Shown here: positions 49,539-60,339 of the stretch, in pieces
How positions within the stretch are numbered: position 1 is the first letter of the stretch
Layout of the letters: each line of letters begins with the position of its first letter
NCBI GenBank assembly: GCA_963721815.1
Contig: CAVRLO010000010.1
Coordinates: 278,257-342,256, forward strand
DNA length: 64,000 bases
From: an uncultured Candidatus Rokubacteria bacterium
Lineage (GTDB): Bacteria; Methylomirabilota; Methylomirabilia; Rokubacteriales; CSP1-6
Direction of reading: 5' to 3'
Notes under the pieces: generated by a model
Seen by the model: the letters and a program-made list of their open reading frames with translations, nothing else
What the model was told of the DNA's origin: nothing
Databases searched by the model: none
Made by a program: the position numbers and the translations under genes

Positions 49539-49551
49539 GTCTCTCTCCTTC

Positions 49552-50109
49552 TTACTTCTTGGCCGAGGCTTCCGCCACCGACTTTATGCTGGCAAGGCCC
49601 TTCTCGAACTCCTCACCGAGTACCTTGTCCATGTTCACGAAGAGGCCGACGGCCCGGCCGACGAAGTCGTTGTGACCGTACATGCTCCACGTCACGGCGG
49701 TTCGCTCGCCCTGGGGCTTGAACGTGAACTCCGCCGTGTTCGTCGCCTCGAACGGCTTCAGGAACTCGAGCTTGATCCTGACCAGTTCGCTCGGACGGCT
49801 CTCGATGATCGTCATGCGTCCCTCGCCCACCTGACTGTTGCCGGACCACGCGAACGCAGCCCCATGGCCGGCCCGAGGTCCCGCGAACGAGTTCTTGGCC
49901 GCGGGATCGAGCTTCGCCCAGGGAGACCAGGCCTCCCAGTTGTGAAAATCGTTGACCTGCGCGAACACCACCGGTGCGGGGGCGGCGATGGTCAGGCTCC
50001 GCTCGATCCGGAACTCGGACGGCTGCATCGCGACGAGCACCGCGAGCACACCGACGACCAGCACGACGGCCCCGGCGACGCCGAGGAGGATCTTGAGCGG
50101 CTTGCTCAT
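49552..50109 (-). CDS. SRPBCC (polyketide cyclase-like) protein with N-terminal TM helix
   Basis: DFHNWEAWSPW, WSGN..VGEG and FEKGLA. Confidence 0.9.
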   Translation of the reverse strand: MSKPLKILLGVAGAVVLVVGVLAVLVAMQPSEFRIERSLTIAAPAPVVFAQVNDFHNWEAWSPWAKLDPAAKNSFAGPRAGHGAAFAWSGNSQVGEGRMTIIESRPSELVRIKLEFLKPFEATNTAEFTFKPQGERTAVTWSMYGHNDFVGRAVGLFVNMDKVLGEEFEKGLASIKSVAEASAKK

Positions 50110-50504
50110 CGTGCCTCCCGAAGCGCCGCGCGCGGCGCCGAGCCGCCGATCGGCGCCAGCTTCCAGCGGCCGTACGCCACGAAAGCCGCGAGGAGCCCCA
50201 CCACGAACGGCATCAGGGCGGTCACGACGGATCCGATCATCAGACTGACCACGGTCGCGCCGATCATGACAATGACCAGCCCGGCGGCGGCCAGCGGGGT
50301 CAGCCCAGGACGGATCCGCAGCAACGAGGGCAGGATCAGGCCGAGCGCGCCGAGGATCTCGACCGCGCCGATGAACCGCAAGAAGGCGCCGGGCATCTGG
50401 ATCTCCTTCGTCATCTCCTCGATCGGCATGATGAACTTCGCGACGCCGGCGAACAGAAACAGCAGCGCGAGAAGCCCCTGGACGATCCATAACGCATACG
50501 TCAT
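50106..50504 (-). CDS. DoxX-like membrane protein
   Basis: LWIVQGLLA, EILGALGLILP and LTPLAAAGL. Confidence 0.88.
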   Translation of the reverse strand: MTYALWIVQGLLALLFLFAGVAKFIMPIEEMTKEIQMPGAFLRFIGAVEILGALGLILPSLLRIRPGLTPLAAAGLVIVMIGATVVSLMIGSVVTALMPFVVGLLAAFVAYGRWKLAPIGGSAPRAALREAR

Positions 50505-50573
50505 GTTCCGTCTCCTCTGGTGGTTGGCAATTGGGATGCGGCGGCGAAGGCGGCCCCGGCGAGTCGCTCCTCG

Positions 50574-50927
50574 TTACGCCGGGGGCCCCTCTCTGACCGG
50601 ACGGACCTCAATAGTACCAACGCGCGCCAGCGGGCCTCGAGCCGCGAATGCGAGAGCCTCGTCGAGATTCTCGACGTCGATCAGCATATATCCGCCGAGG
50701 TGCTCGCGGGTTTCCGCGAACGGCCCGTCGGTCAGGAGCCGCTTGCCGTCGCGCACCCGGACGCTGGTCGCCGTGGACGTCGGATGGAGCGCACTACCGC
50801 CCAGATATTGCCCGCGCGCCACGAGCTCTTCGGCGGCGCGCATCTGACCCCAGTACGCCTCCTGGCGCTCGGCCAGGGGGCGCTTGTCCCAGCTCTCGTC
50901 GAGATACACCAGCAACAGGTATTTCAC
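50574..50927 (-). CDS. YciI/DGPF-family protein
   Basis: VKYLLLVY, TDGPFAETREHLGGY and IEVRP. Confidence 0.92.
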   Translation of the reverse strand: MKYLLLVYLDESWDKRPLAERQEAYWGQMRAAEELVARGQYLGGSALHPTSTATSVRVRDGKRLLTDGPFAETREHLGGYMLIDVENLDEALAFAARGPLARVGTIEVRPVREGPPA

Positions 50928-50942
50928 GCGCGCCTCCATCAG

Positions 50943-50972
50943 TAGATCGAACGGGCCAGGCCGGAATCGACA
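50943..50972 (-). promoter_or_regulatory. ECF42-type promoter TGTCGATT-N11-CGTTCGATCTA
   Basis: Identical boxes and spacing recur at 55239-55268; -35 TGTCGA matches the ECF42 consensus as I recall it. Confidence 0.75.
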
Positions 50973-50992
50973 CCCCGCGTAGATTATCTATC

Positions 50993-51239
50993 GTGGAGCC
51001 GCTTCAAAGGTCCAGCGCCGACGGCGACGGCGTATACCGTGTCCGATTGGGGGCCGGATCGTCGCCACCCTGATCCGGCTGGCGGCCCAGGAAGCCTTTT
51101 CGGGTTGCTGGCGGACGCGGTGAAGAGTCAGGGCAGGCGCTCGCCCCTGGTCACCCGCGATGCCGAGCGCCGATTTCTCGAGCGGCGGCTGCGCGAAGTC
51201 GCGCCGGCCCGCTACGCGAGCCGCGCTGGCGACGCCTGA
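50993..51239 (+). pseudogene. Internally deleted ECF42-type sigma factor remnant
   Basis: N-terminal VYR-SDW-GRIVATLIRL-AAQEAF joined directly to C-terminal LVTRDAERRFLERRLREV; divergent from the DGPF gene. Confidence 0.7.
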
Positions 51240-51772
51240 GCGAGACGGCGACGGATCAGCTGCGCGGCGCCCGCGACCACCTGGCGCAACCCGAAGAGTC
51301 CCACGAGCGTCACCACGTTGATCAGCAGCACCTGACTGACGATGCCGGGCGCGAACATGTCCGTCCCACCGAGCCAGGACACCGCCGCCACGAAGAGAGT
51401 CGCCTGGTACAGGACGAATGCCGCGCCGAACGCCGCGGCCGACTGAGCGAGCTGCGGCAGGGATCCGAGACGGCGGAAGGTCCAGAGCGCGGCCAAGGTG
51501 CCGATCACCGCGGCGACGCCGAGGGCGACGCCCCAGGCGAGCGTCGACGCGGTCCACGGATAGTGCAACACGCCGAAGCCGACCGCCTGGTTGGTGAGCC
51601 ACAGGGCCACCGCCAGCAGGACCGCGTCGCGCCGCGACACGGTGATCGCGGCAATCACGGCGAACGCCGCAAACGGCGTGACGCACGTGAAGACCGTGGT
51701 GATCACCGCACTGATGGCGATGAGCAGAGCGAGCCACACCGGACGGGACCACACCGAGCTGCGTTCTGACAT
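51212..51772 (-). CDS. Hypothetical integral membrane protein (about 5-6 TM)
   Basis: GGAGGAG RBS; FTCVTPFAA and WLTNQAVGFGVLHYP segments; hydrophobic. Confidence 0.75.
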   Translation of the reverse strand: MSERSSVWSRPVWLALLIAISAVITTVFTCVTPFAAFAVIAAITVSRRDAVLLAVALWLTNQAVGFGVLHYPWTASTLAWGVALGVAAVIGTLAALWTFRRLGSLPQLAQSAAAFGAAFVLYQATLFVAAVSWLGGTDMFAPGIVSQVLLINVVTLVGLFGLRQVVAGAAQLIRRRLAQASPARLA

Positions 51773-51850
51773 TTCCGGCTCCTCCCTCGAAGACCGGTCG
51801 AGGCGCCCAGGCTGCGTTGCACCCCCGAGGCTACCCGCAAACCAACCCAG

Positions 51851-51879
51851 TTGACAATGGCGCGCGGAACCCCGACAAT
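51851..51879 (+). promoter_or_regulatory. sigma70 promoter of the leuA leader
   Basis: TTGACA-N17-GACAAT. Confidence 0.7.
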
Positions 51880-51889
51880 AACCGGGCAC

Positions 51890-51964
51890 ATGAGTACCAT
51901 GACCTTTGAGAGCGCGAGGACGACGAGCGCGGATTTCCCGCTCGCGAGCCTGTCCCTGAACTAG
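51890..51964 (+). CDS. Putative leucine attenuator leader peptide MSTMTFESARTTSADFPLASLSLN
   Basis: Short ORF between promoter and terminator with three Leu codons near its end. Confidence 0.62.
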   Translation: MSTMTFESARTTSADFPLASLSLN

Positions 51965-51990
51965 GCGCGCGTCCCCGAGGGCGCGCGCCG

Positions 51991-52029
51991 AAAAAGCCTC
52001 TCCCGTAACCCGGGGAGGCTTTTTTGTTT
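51991..52029 (+). terminator. Intrinsic terminator (attenuator) upstream of leuA
   Basis: AAAAAGCCTCTCCCG-TAACC-CGGGGAGGCTTTTTT; preceded by hairpin 51964-51989. Confidence 0.85.
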
Positions 52030-52036
52030 GCCCTGA

Positions 52037-53734
<1,698 letters not shown>

Positions 53735-53744
53735 CCGGGCCGGC

Positions 53745-54656
53745 GTGAACGATCTGCTCCAGCTCCTGTCGGCGGAGCTGCCGCGCGCCGTCCGCTGGTC
53801 GGGCGCCCTCGCGCGTCAGCTTCGCCGGCACGATATCTCGCTCACCGGAAAGCACTCCGGATCCGCGGACACCGATGCGCTCACGCTCGCGGACCTGGCG
53901 GTGCAGGAGATCCTGGTCGCCGCGCTGCGCGACATGGGCCCGATCGTTCGCGGCTGTCGAATCGAAGCCGAGGAAGCGTCGGGGGATCTCGGCCGCTTCT
54001 CCGAGCAGAGCGAGTGGGTGCTCGCCATCGATCCCATCGATGGCACCCGCGAGTACCGCGACCGGACCGGCCACCGCTACGCCGTCATGGTCCACGCGCG
54101 CACGGCGGACGCAATTCGCTATTCCCTGGTGTACTTGCCGGAGGAAGGCGCCGCCGGGACCTGGCTCGAGGTTCGCGATGACCGCATGGTGCTCGGCCCC
54201 GACGACTGGACGCGCCCGGCCCGGCCGGCGCTGGACGCACTACCGCCCATCGCCTCCGATCGACCGCGCGAGAGCCGGCGCATCCTCGTCAGCGGGTTCC
54301 TCGGCCGCGAGGCGGAGCGGGCGCGCGCGGTCAGCGCCGCCGGACTCGAGGGCGTCCTGGGCGGAGACACGCCGGGGAGCCTCTTCCCGCTGATGGCGAA
54401 CGGGTACCTGGGCGGCGCCCTCTTTCACACCCCGAACGTCTACGACTTCCCGGTGTGCATGCACGTCGCACGGGCGCTTGGCGGCGATGCGGTCTGGGCG
54501 CACACCGGTGCGCGCGTCGACTTTCGCCGGGTGTGGCGCGACAAGCGCGCCAACATGTTTCGCCTTCCGGGGATCGTCGCATGCGCGAGCGACCCCCGCG
54601 TCATCCCGACCCTGCTCGACGTCGCCCGCCACTGGAGCGCCGAGCGTTACGAGTGA
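53745..54656 (+). CDS. Inositol monophosphatase/FIG-family protein
   Basis: TLADL, EE, IDPIDGT and YD motifs. Confidence 0.82.
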   Translation: MNDLLQLLSAELPRAVRWSGALARQLRRHDISLTGKHSGSADTDALTLADLAVQEILVAALRDMGPIVRGCRIEAEEASGDLGRFSEQSEWVLAIDPIDGTREYRDRTGHRYAVMVHARTADAIRYSLVYLPEEGAAGTWLEVRDDRMVLGPDDWTRPARPALDALPPIASDRPRESRRILVSGFLGREAERARAVSAAGLEGVLGGDTPGSLFPLMANGYLGGALFHTPNVYDFPVCMHVARALGGDAVWAHTGARVDFRRVWRDKRANMFRLPGIVACASDPRVIPTLLDVARHWSAERYE

Positions 54657-54683
54657 CCCGGCCGGGCGGCGCCGACGCCCGCG

Positions 54684-55181
54684 TTACCGTCCCTGGTGCG
54701 CCTTCTGCAACGCGTCGACGTCGAGCTTCTTCATCTTCAGCGTCGCCGACATTACGCGACGGGAACGTTCGGGGTCCTTGTCCTGCAGCAGCTCGACCAG
54801 GACGGTGGGGACGACCTGCCACGAGACGCCGAATCGATCCTTGAGCCAGCCGCACTGGACTTCCTCGCCGCCGGCCGAGAGCTTGTCCCAGAAGTGGTCG
54901 ACCTCTTTCTGGTTCTCGCAGTTCACGACGAAAGAGATGGCTTCGGTGAACTTGAAGAGCGGGCCACCGTTCAGCGCCGTGAATTTCTGCCCGTCGAGCT
55001 CGAATTCGACCGTCATGACCGAGCCTTTCGGTCGGCCGGCGACCTTCGACGCCTCATCGTCGTAGCGGGTGATCGCTCCGACCCTCGACTGCTCGAAGAT
55101 CGACACGTAGAAATTCGCGGCCTCTTCGGCCTGGTTGTCGAACCACAGGCACGCGGTGATTCTTTGGGTGATCTTCGGCAT
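54684..55181 (-). CDS. VOC/PhnB-like (3-demethylubiquinone-9 3-methyltransferase domain) protein
   Basis: CLWFDNQAEEAA, ALNGGP and CGWLKDRFGVSWQ. Confidence 0.93.
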   Translation of the reverse strand: MPKITQRITACLWFDNQAEEAANFYVSIFEQSRVGAITRYDDEASKVAGRPKGSVMTVEFELDGQKFTALNGGPLFKFTEAISFVVNCENQKEVDHFWDKLSAGGEEVQCGWLKDRFGVSWQVVPTVLVELLQDKDPERSRRVMSATLKMKKLDVDALQKAHQGR

Positions 55182-55238
55182 GGATGCCTCCTCTGCGCCG
55201 CGCTGTCGCGTCTATCTGCTTATTGTCGCGTCCATCTA

Positions 55239-55268
55239 TAGATCGAACGGCGAGGCGAAAAATCGACA
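55239..55268 (-). promoter_or_regulatory. Second ECF42-type promoter
   Basis: TGTCGATT-N11-CGTTCGATCTA upstream of the VOC gene. Confidence 0.75.
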
Positions 55269-55368
55269 GGGAACGTCTCGTTTCAGGCTACACCCCGAAA
55301 TGAGCGCGTGTCGATCGGACCAGCCGAGAGGAGCGCCTTCCCGCATCAGCGGGCGACACGAAAGGAAA

Positions 55369-55393
55369 CGGGGGCTGGCCAACCCAGCCCCCG
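55369..55393. terminator. Hairpin terminator downstream of the FAD oxidoreductase
   Basis: CGGGGGCTGG/CCAGCCCCCG stem; T-rich run follows on the minus strand. Confidence 0.65.
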
Positions 55394-55446
55394 CGTTCAG
55401 CGCCGGTGGCGACCTCAAGGCCGGCGCTGGACTTCGTCTCGATCGG

Positions 55447-56838
55447 TCAGGGCGCGATATTCGCGTTGACGCGGAACAAGTTCTTGGGGTCGTACGTCGC
55501 CTTCAGCGCGCGCAGTCGGGCATAGTTCTCGCCGAACGACGCGCGTACCTTTTCCGGCCGGTCGTCCGCCGCCAGGTGATTCACGTACGCGCTGCCCTGC
55601 AGATGTGGCTCCAGCTTGGCCCAGAGCGCCCGCACCCACGCCGTGTGCGTCGCGGACTCTGCCACGTCGGTCCACTGGCCGATAGCGTCGAAATCGAACT
55701 GCGGGCGACGCGGCGCGAAGGCGGTGGCCGCGGGCGAGACGCGTGTCATGGCCCCGTGCATGTGGAAGAAGAGCAAGGCGCTCAGCGGCGAGCTGAAGCT
55801 CGAGGCGCCTTCCACCATGACGTCGATCAGCCCGTCGGAGATCTGCTCGGTGAACGCCGAGCGCCAGTATCGCTGGAGACCGTGCGTGGCGTTGGGCTCG
55901 TCGAGCAACCGCTGGCGGGCGGCGTACGGCATGGGTCCAACGACATCGGCGACGGGCTTGCCAAACTTCCGCGCGGGCGCGAGCACCTTTTCACCCTCGG
56001 CGATCGGCCCGTTGTAGCCGAGGATCAGCGCCGCGACGGGCATCCCCTGCGGCGCCGTCAGCAGCGCCGCGTACGCCTCAGCCTCGTCGGGCAAGGTGGC
56101 GGCGAAGTCGCGATAGAACCGCAGGAGGTCGCGAGCCTGATCCAGCGGATAGATCACGAGTCCGCCGAGGACTTGCGTGACGGGATGCAGCCGATACTCG
56201 AGGGACGTCACCACGCCGAAGTTGCCGCCGCCGCCTCGTAGGGCCCAGAAGAGATCCGGGTTGTCCTTCGCGCTCGCCCGGCGGAACTGGCCGTCCGCGG
56301 TCACGATGTCGGCCGAGAGGAGATTGTCGATGGTCAATCCGTGCTTGCCCATCAGCCAGCCGAGGCCGCCGCCGAGGGTCAATCCCGCGATCCCGGTGTT
56401 GGAGACCGTGCCGCCCGTCGTCGCGAGACCGAACGCCTGCGTTTCATGATCCAGATCGCGCCACAACGCGCCACCCTGCGCGTGGACCGTGCGCGCGTCG
56501 GGATCGACGCGAATGCCCTTCATGAGCGACAGATCGATGACGACGCCGCCGTCGTTGGTCCCGTATCCGGGAGCGCTGTGGCCGCCGCCGCGGACGGAAA
56601 CCAGCACGCCGAGTGATCGGGCGAAGTTCACAGCCTGCTGGACATCCGCGACGCCCAGGCATCGCACGATGAGGGCGGGCCTCCGGTCCACGTTGCCGTT
56701 CCATACCCGCCGCGCCTCGTCGTACCGCGCTTCCCCGGCGAGGACGAGCTCGCCGCGAATGCTGCGCCGCAGATTTTCGACGTCGGCGTCGTTCAGACTG
56801 GTGCCCACCCCATCCAATGTTGTCGCGGTGATCGTCAT
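55447..56838 (-). CDS. FAD-binding oxidoreductase (berberine-bridge-enzyme-like)
   Basis: RGGGHS covalent-FAD motif, LFWALRGGGGNFGVVT and YDPKNLFRVN. Confidence 0.93.
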   Translation of the reverse strand: MTITATTLDGVGTSLNDADVENLRRSIRGELVLAGEARYDEARRVWNGNVDRRPALIVRCLGVADVQQAVNFARSLGVLVSVRGGGHSAPGYGTNDGGVVIDLSLMKGIRVDPDARTVHAQGGALWRDLDHETQAFGLATTGGTVSNTGIAGLTLGGGLGWLMGKHGLTIDNLLSADIVTADGQFRRASAKDNPDLFWALRGGGGNFGVVTSLEYRLHPVTQVLGGLVIYPLDQARDLLRFYRDFAATLPDEAEAYAALLTAPQGMPVAALILGYNGPIAEGEKVLAPARKFGKPVADVVGPMPYAARQRLLDEPNATHGLQRYWRSAFTEQISDGLIDVMVEGASSFSSPLSALLFFHMHGAMTRVSPAATAFAPRRPQFDFDAIGQWTDVAESATHTAWVRALWAKLEPHLQGSAYVNHLAADDRPEKVRASFGENYARLRALKATYDPKNLFRVNANIAP

Positions 56839-57047
56839 GACATCGTCCTCGGCTCGGAGCCCGCTACTCGCGGCGCCCCTTTCGGTCTCGTACGTCTAGC
56901 CCACCGTCAGCAGAAGTCGTGCCTGAGAGCGAGGTGTGAGTAATCAGAGGCTTAGCGCGGGGGCGCCCTGATTCGGGCACGTCACAGTTCCTGAAGCTTC
57001 TGGAAATATGCCCGATCTCGCGGGATCGGGCCGATCTCCGGGGAGCG

Positions 57048-58310
57048 CTATAGCCGGGCGTGCTCGACCGGTGTTCCCGGTCGCCGCAGCAGGCCCACGG
57101 CGATGCCGATGTTCAAAAGGTTCCACAGGATGCCGTTGAGGAACGCGGTCTGGTAGGAGCCGGTCAGATCAAAGATCACGCCGGACATCCAGCCGCCGAG
57201 CGCCATGCCGAACACGGTGGCCATCAGCACGGTGCTTACGCGCACGCCGGCCTCTTCGGGAGGAAAGAACTCCCGGACGATGACGGCATAGGCCGGCACG
57301 ATCCCGCCCTGAAACAACCCGAACAGCGCTGACACCATGTAGAGCGACGCGAGTCCGTCGAAGGGGAGGAACAAGGCCAGCGCCAGCGCTTGCAGGCTCG
57401 ATCCCAGCAGGAGCGTGCGCCGGCCGCCGATGCGGTCGCAAATCCAGCCCGACACGAGACGGCTCACGACGCCGAAGCCCAACATCAAGGACAGCATCTC
57501 CGCGCCCCGCGCCGCGCCATGCCCCAGATCACCGGAGTACGCGACGATGTGGACCTGCGGCATCGACATCGCGACGCAGCAGCTGAGGCCGGCGATGACC
57601 AGCACGGTCTGCAGCGCGGCCGGCGACATCCCCAGGGGTCGCGGCGATCGCGACACGACATGCGCTGTCGCGGAGGTCGTCTCGGTCAGCGGCGACCGGC
57701 GCCGCAGGGCCAACGCCAGCGGCAGCATGGTGACCACACAGAAGACGGCGATGCCCAGATATGCCCGGCGCCAGCCCCAGCTCTCGATGAAGTGCTGCAC
57801 GACGGGCGGCCAGACTGTTCCGGCGAGATAGCTGCCGCTCGCGATGATCGCCACGGCCATGCCGCGATGACGGGTGAACCAGAGCGAGGTGTCGGCGATG
57901 AGCGGTGCGAACGCGACCGAGCTGGCAACTCCAACCAGCAGCCCCTGGGTCAGGATGAACTGTCCGAGGCTGGTCGCCTGGCTGGCGGCAGCATAGCCGA
58001 ACCCCAGCGAGATCGCCCCGCCGACGACGGGCGCGATGATGCCGTAGCGATCGGAGAGCCGGCCCATCAGGATGCCGCCGAAGCCGAAGCAGATCATCGT
58101 CATCGTGTAGGGCAGCGAGGCGGCGGAGCGCGCGACGCCGAACTCCGCCTGGACCGCCGGGAGGGCCACGATCACCGACCACATGCCCACGCCGCCGATG
58201 GCCGAGAGCAACAGCGCGGCACAGAGCCGCATCCACGCATGGGCGGACTCCGGCACGCCACGCGAGGTGTCCTCAACTCGCTTCCCGATGTCGACTACGC
58301 GCTGAGACAT
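57048..58310 (-). CDS. MFS transporter
   Basis: GRLSDRYG; MPQVHIVAY; DLTGSY. Confidence 0.92.
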   Translation of the reverse strand: MSQRVVDIGKRVEDTSRGVPESAHAWMRLCAALLLSAIGGVGMWSVIVALPAVQAEFGVARSAASLPYTMTMICFGFGGILMGRLSDRYGIIAPVVGGAISLGFGYAAASQATSLGQFILTQGLLVGVASSVAFAPLIADTSLWFTRHRGMAVAIIASGSYLAGTVWPPVVQHFIESWGWRRAYLGIAVFCVVTMLPLALALRRRSPLTETTSATAHVVSRSPRPLGMSPAALQTVLVIAGLSCCVAMSMPQVHIVAYSGDLGHGAARGAEMLSLMLGFGVVSRLVSGWICDRIGGRRTLLLGSSLQALALALFLPFDGLASLYMVSALFGLFQGGIVPAYAVIVREFFPPEEAGVRVSTVLMATVFGMALGGWMSGVIFDLTGSYQTAFLNGILWNLLNIGIAVGLLRRPGTPVEHARL

Positions 58311-58459
58311 GATGTGGCGTTCAGTATCCGGGTGATCGTTCCGTTTGTACTCCTCCAATTCCAGACCGCGCGGCGCTTGATTGGCTCACGGTCTCGAGAA
58401 ACAGCGAGGGTGGCCGCGAAGCCACCCTCGCCCGAGCTCCAGCGCCAGGGACCGCGACG

Positions 58460-59416
58460 TTACCGGCGGACGCACTGGGGACCGAGCTGGATCGCCAGGC
58501 CCACGATGAGCTCGCCCTTGCCTATCCGTCCGAGGTCCACGGCGTTGCCGGACGGCAGATCGATGAAATAGAGGTGCGAGGACGCGCTGCCCACCCGGAG
58601 GATCGCCGCGAGGGCCTCGTTGTCTGGACCGATGTCGAACGCGACGAGATCGTCGGCGTCGATGCCGAGACTACCGACCGTGTTCAGCACGCCGCCGTTC
58701 GGCGGAACCTGAATGGCGAGCACGTCGCTGTCGCGGTCGGCATCGGCTGCCCGATTCACGTCGATGTCGTGGAGGACCGTGTTGGTCTGCGCGTCGGCAT
58801 CGGGATTGGTGTAGGCGATAGCGACCACGCGTGCGAGCCGGGTCGCGTTCGGATCACCCATCGCCGGGTAGGCCAGGTTGGCATCGGTTCCGGCGACGGT
58901 GCCGTCGCCGGGCCTGACGCGGATGTTCTGCCCGGCATCGCTCACGATCCGCAGAAGATCGGGCACCGGGTTGAAGTCGACGCCGAACGCCGTGCCAAGC
59001 AGCGGAATCGTGCGCGCGCCGACGGCCGTGGCGTACGCGCTCTTCAGATCGATCGTGTAGAGCTGACCGGCGCCGCTCCCGCCGATCCGACCGACGGCGT
59101 AGAGCACCCCGGTCGCCGGACGAAAGTCGATTCCTACCAGCGTCTCGCCGTCGGCCAGGCCGGAGATGAACGTTCGGTCGCGGATTGCCACCGAACGGCT
59201 ACGGCCGCCGAATTCGGCAACAGCTTCGAAGATCTCCGCGGTGCTTCGAAGACGGAGCAGCTCGTTCTGCGTGTTGGCGAGATACACGCGCCCGCACCCC
59301 GACTCGGTGGCCCACGCCCACGCCGGGTGGGCGAGCGCCGCGAGGCCGAGCAACACGGCGGTGACGGACACGCGCGAGAGGCGCCCGGCGGCGCCTCGAC
59401 ACAGGAACTGGTTCAT
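58460..59416 (-). CDS. Secreted DUF4394-like beta-propeller protein
   Basis: GIDFRPATG.LY, FGVDFNP..D.LR.VS..GQN.R, AYTN and PPNGG.L..VG.LG. Confidence 0.85.
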   Translation of the reverse strand: MNQFLCRGAAGRLSRVSVTAVLLGLAALAHPAWAWATESGCGRVYLANTQNELLRLRSTAEIFEAVAEFGGRSRSVAIRDRTFISGLADGETLVGIDFRPATGVLYAVGRIGGSGAGQLYTIDLKSAYATAVGARTIPLLGTAFGVDFNPVPDLLRIVSDAGQNIRVRPGDGTVAGTDANLAYPAMGDPNATRLARVVAIAYTNPDADAQTNTVLHDIDVNRAADADRDSDVLAIQVPPNGGVLNTVGSLGIDADDLVAFDIGPDNEALAAILRVGSASSHLYFIDLPSGNAVDLGRIGKGELIVGLAIQLGPQCVRR

Positions 59417-59594
59417 GGCTCCCTCCTTGGTCGAGTCGTCTGGACCTGCTATCCGCGTCTACGACGCGCAGGGCGCCGGCGGATTCATCGGAGGAAGCAG
59501 TGGTCGCGAGCTAGAGGCAAACCACGGAGCCGAAACCCGCTGACCGAAAATCGAACGGGCGCTTTCCGTTGCTCTGGAAGCTGCCCGTCGTGAT

Positions 59595-59639
59595 TGGTGG
59601 GCCGTCACGGACTCGAACCGTGGACCCGCTGATTAAGAG
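59595..59639 (-). tRNA. 3' half of tRNA-Lys(CTT); att-site duplication, not a full tRNA
   Basis: CTCTTAATCAGCGGGTCCACGGTTCGAGTCCGTGACGGCCCACCA: anticodon loop, T-arm and CCA present; 5' half absent. Confidence 0.88.
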
Positions 59640-59744
59640 ACGAGGGCCGGCTCGCCGCCGGCCCTCTCAGTTCCGCGCAACCGCGCGTTGCCGCTCGACT
59701 TCTCGTCCCTCGCCTCAGGGACTGAGCGGGACTCTCGGCGCACT

Positions 59745-59920
59745 CGCGCGCCGAATCTGACTCCTCAGCGCGAGCGCCTTCCTGAAGTCGACCCGGACCT
59801 CAGCCCAAGCCTCCGCGCTCCAGCGCGCGTGTGTAGCATCACGCGCAGGACGCGGTTGATGCGGAGCCAGGGATGCCAGAGGCGGGCGTTGGTGTCGCTC
59901 ACTTGCACTTCGGCCCACAC
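59745..59920 (-). repeat. 176-bp direct repeat, copy 1 (small-gene duplicate)
   Basis: Ungapped match to 61805-61980, 18 mismatches by hand count. Confidence 0.9.
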
Positions 59921-59968
59921 ATTTAGCTGAGGTTTACTTGTGGCGACGTACAGGTTGCGAAGACTGGC

Positions 59969-60160
59969 TCAGTCGGACACCCGTACAAGATCATCGGAAC
60001 GGTGCGTACTCTCTCGGCCTTCTAGGCCGAGCCAACCGTACCACTGCACAGTCACAACATAGCCGTTGGCAGTCACATGGATGACCGTGCCGCGCGTGGT
60101 GTGCGTGGCGTTAGACAATTCGCTCCGTTCGACTACCTCACCGACATAGTAGTGCAGCAC
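59969..60160 (-). CDS. Small hypothetical protein, SH3/KOW-like beta pattern
   Basis: AAGGAG RBS; VLHYYVGEVV...GTVIHV...VTVQW...DDLVRV. Confidence 0.6.
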   Translation of the reverse strand: MLHYYVGEVVERSELSNATHTTRGTVIHVTANGYVVTVQWYGWLGLEGRESTHRSDDLVRVSD

Positions 60161-60339
60161 AGGCTTCTCCTTGGTTGGCGAATGGCATACAAAGCCATCA
60201 TCCGAATGCCGGTCTCGAGCGTGGCAATTCCGGCGACGCAACAAGCCAGATACACTTGGGTCTCGACACTATGAGCGTCAAACAGAGGCCGGAGTGCAAG
60301 CGGACCAAGGGTAACACGGACCTCACGCCCGGCTTGCGT

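Noticed and set aside
48127-50847. 906-aa plus-strand ORF and other long antisense ORFs (for example 7898-9574, 18919-20631, most of 51212-53590)
   Set aside because: Shadow frames of real opposite-strand genes in high-GC DNA; no motifs
56840-57000. CTCTCAGG and CCGAA fragments upstream of the FAD oxidoreductase suggesting a glycine riboswitch
   Set aside because: The elements are in the wrong order and there is no GGAGA/P1 pairing
59595-59670. Complete tRNA-Lys gene
   Set aside because: D-arm and acceptor 5' strand are absent; kept only as an att fragment
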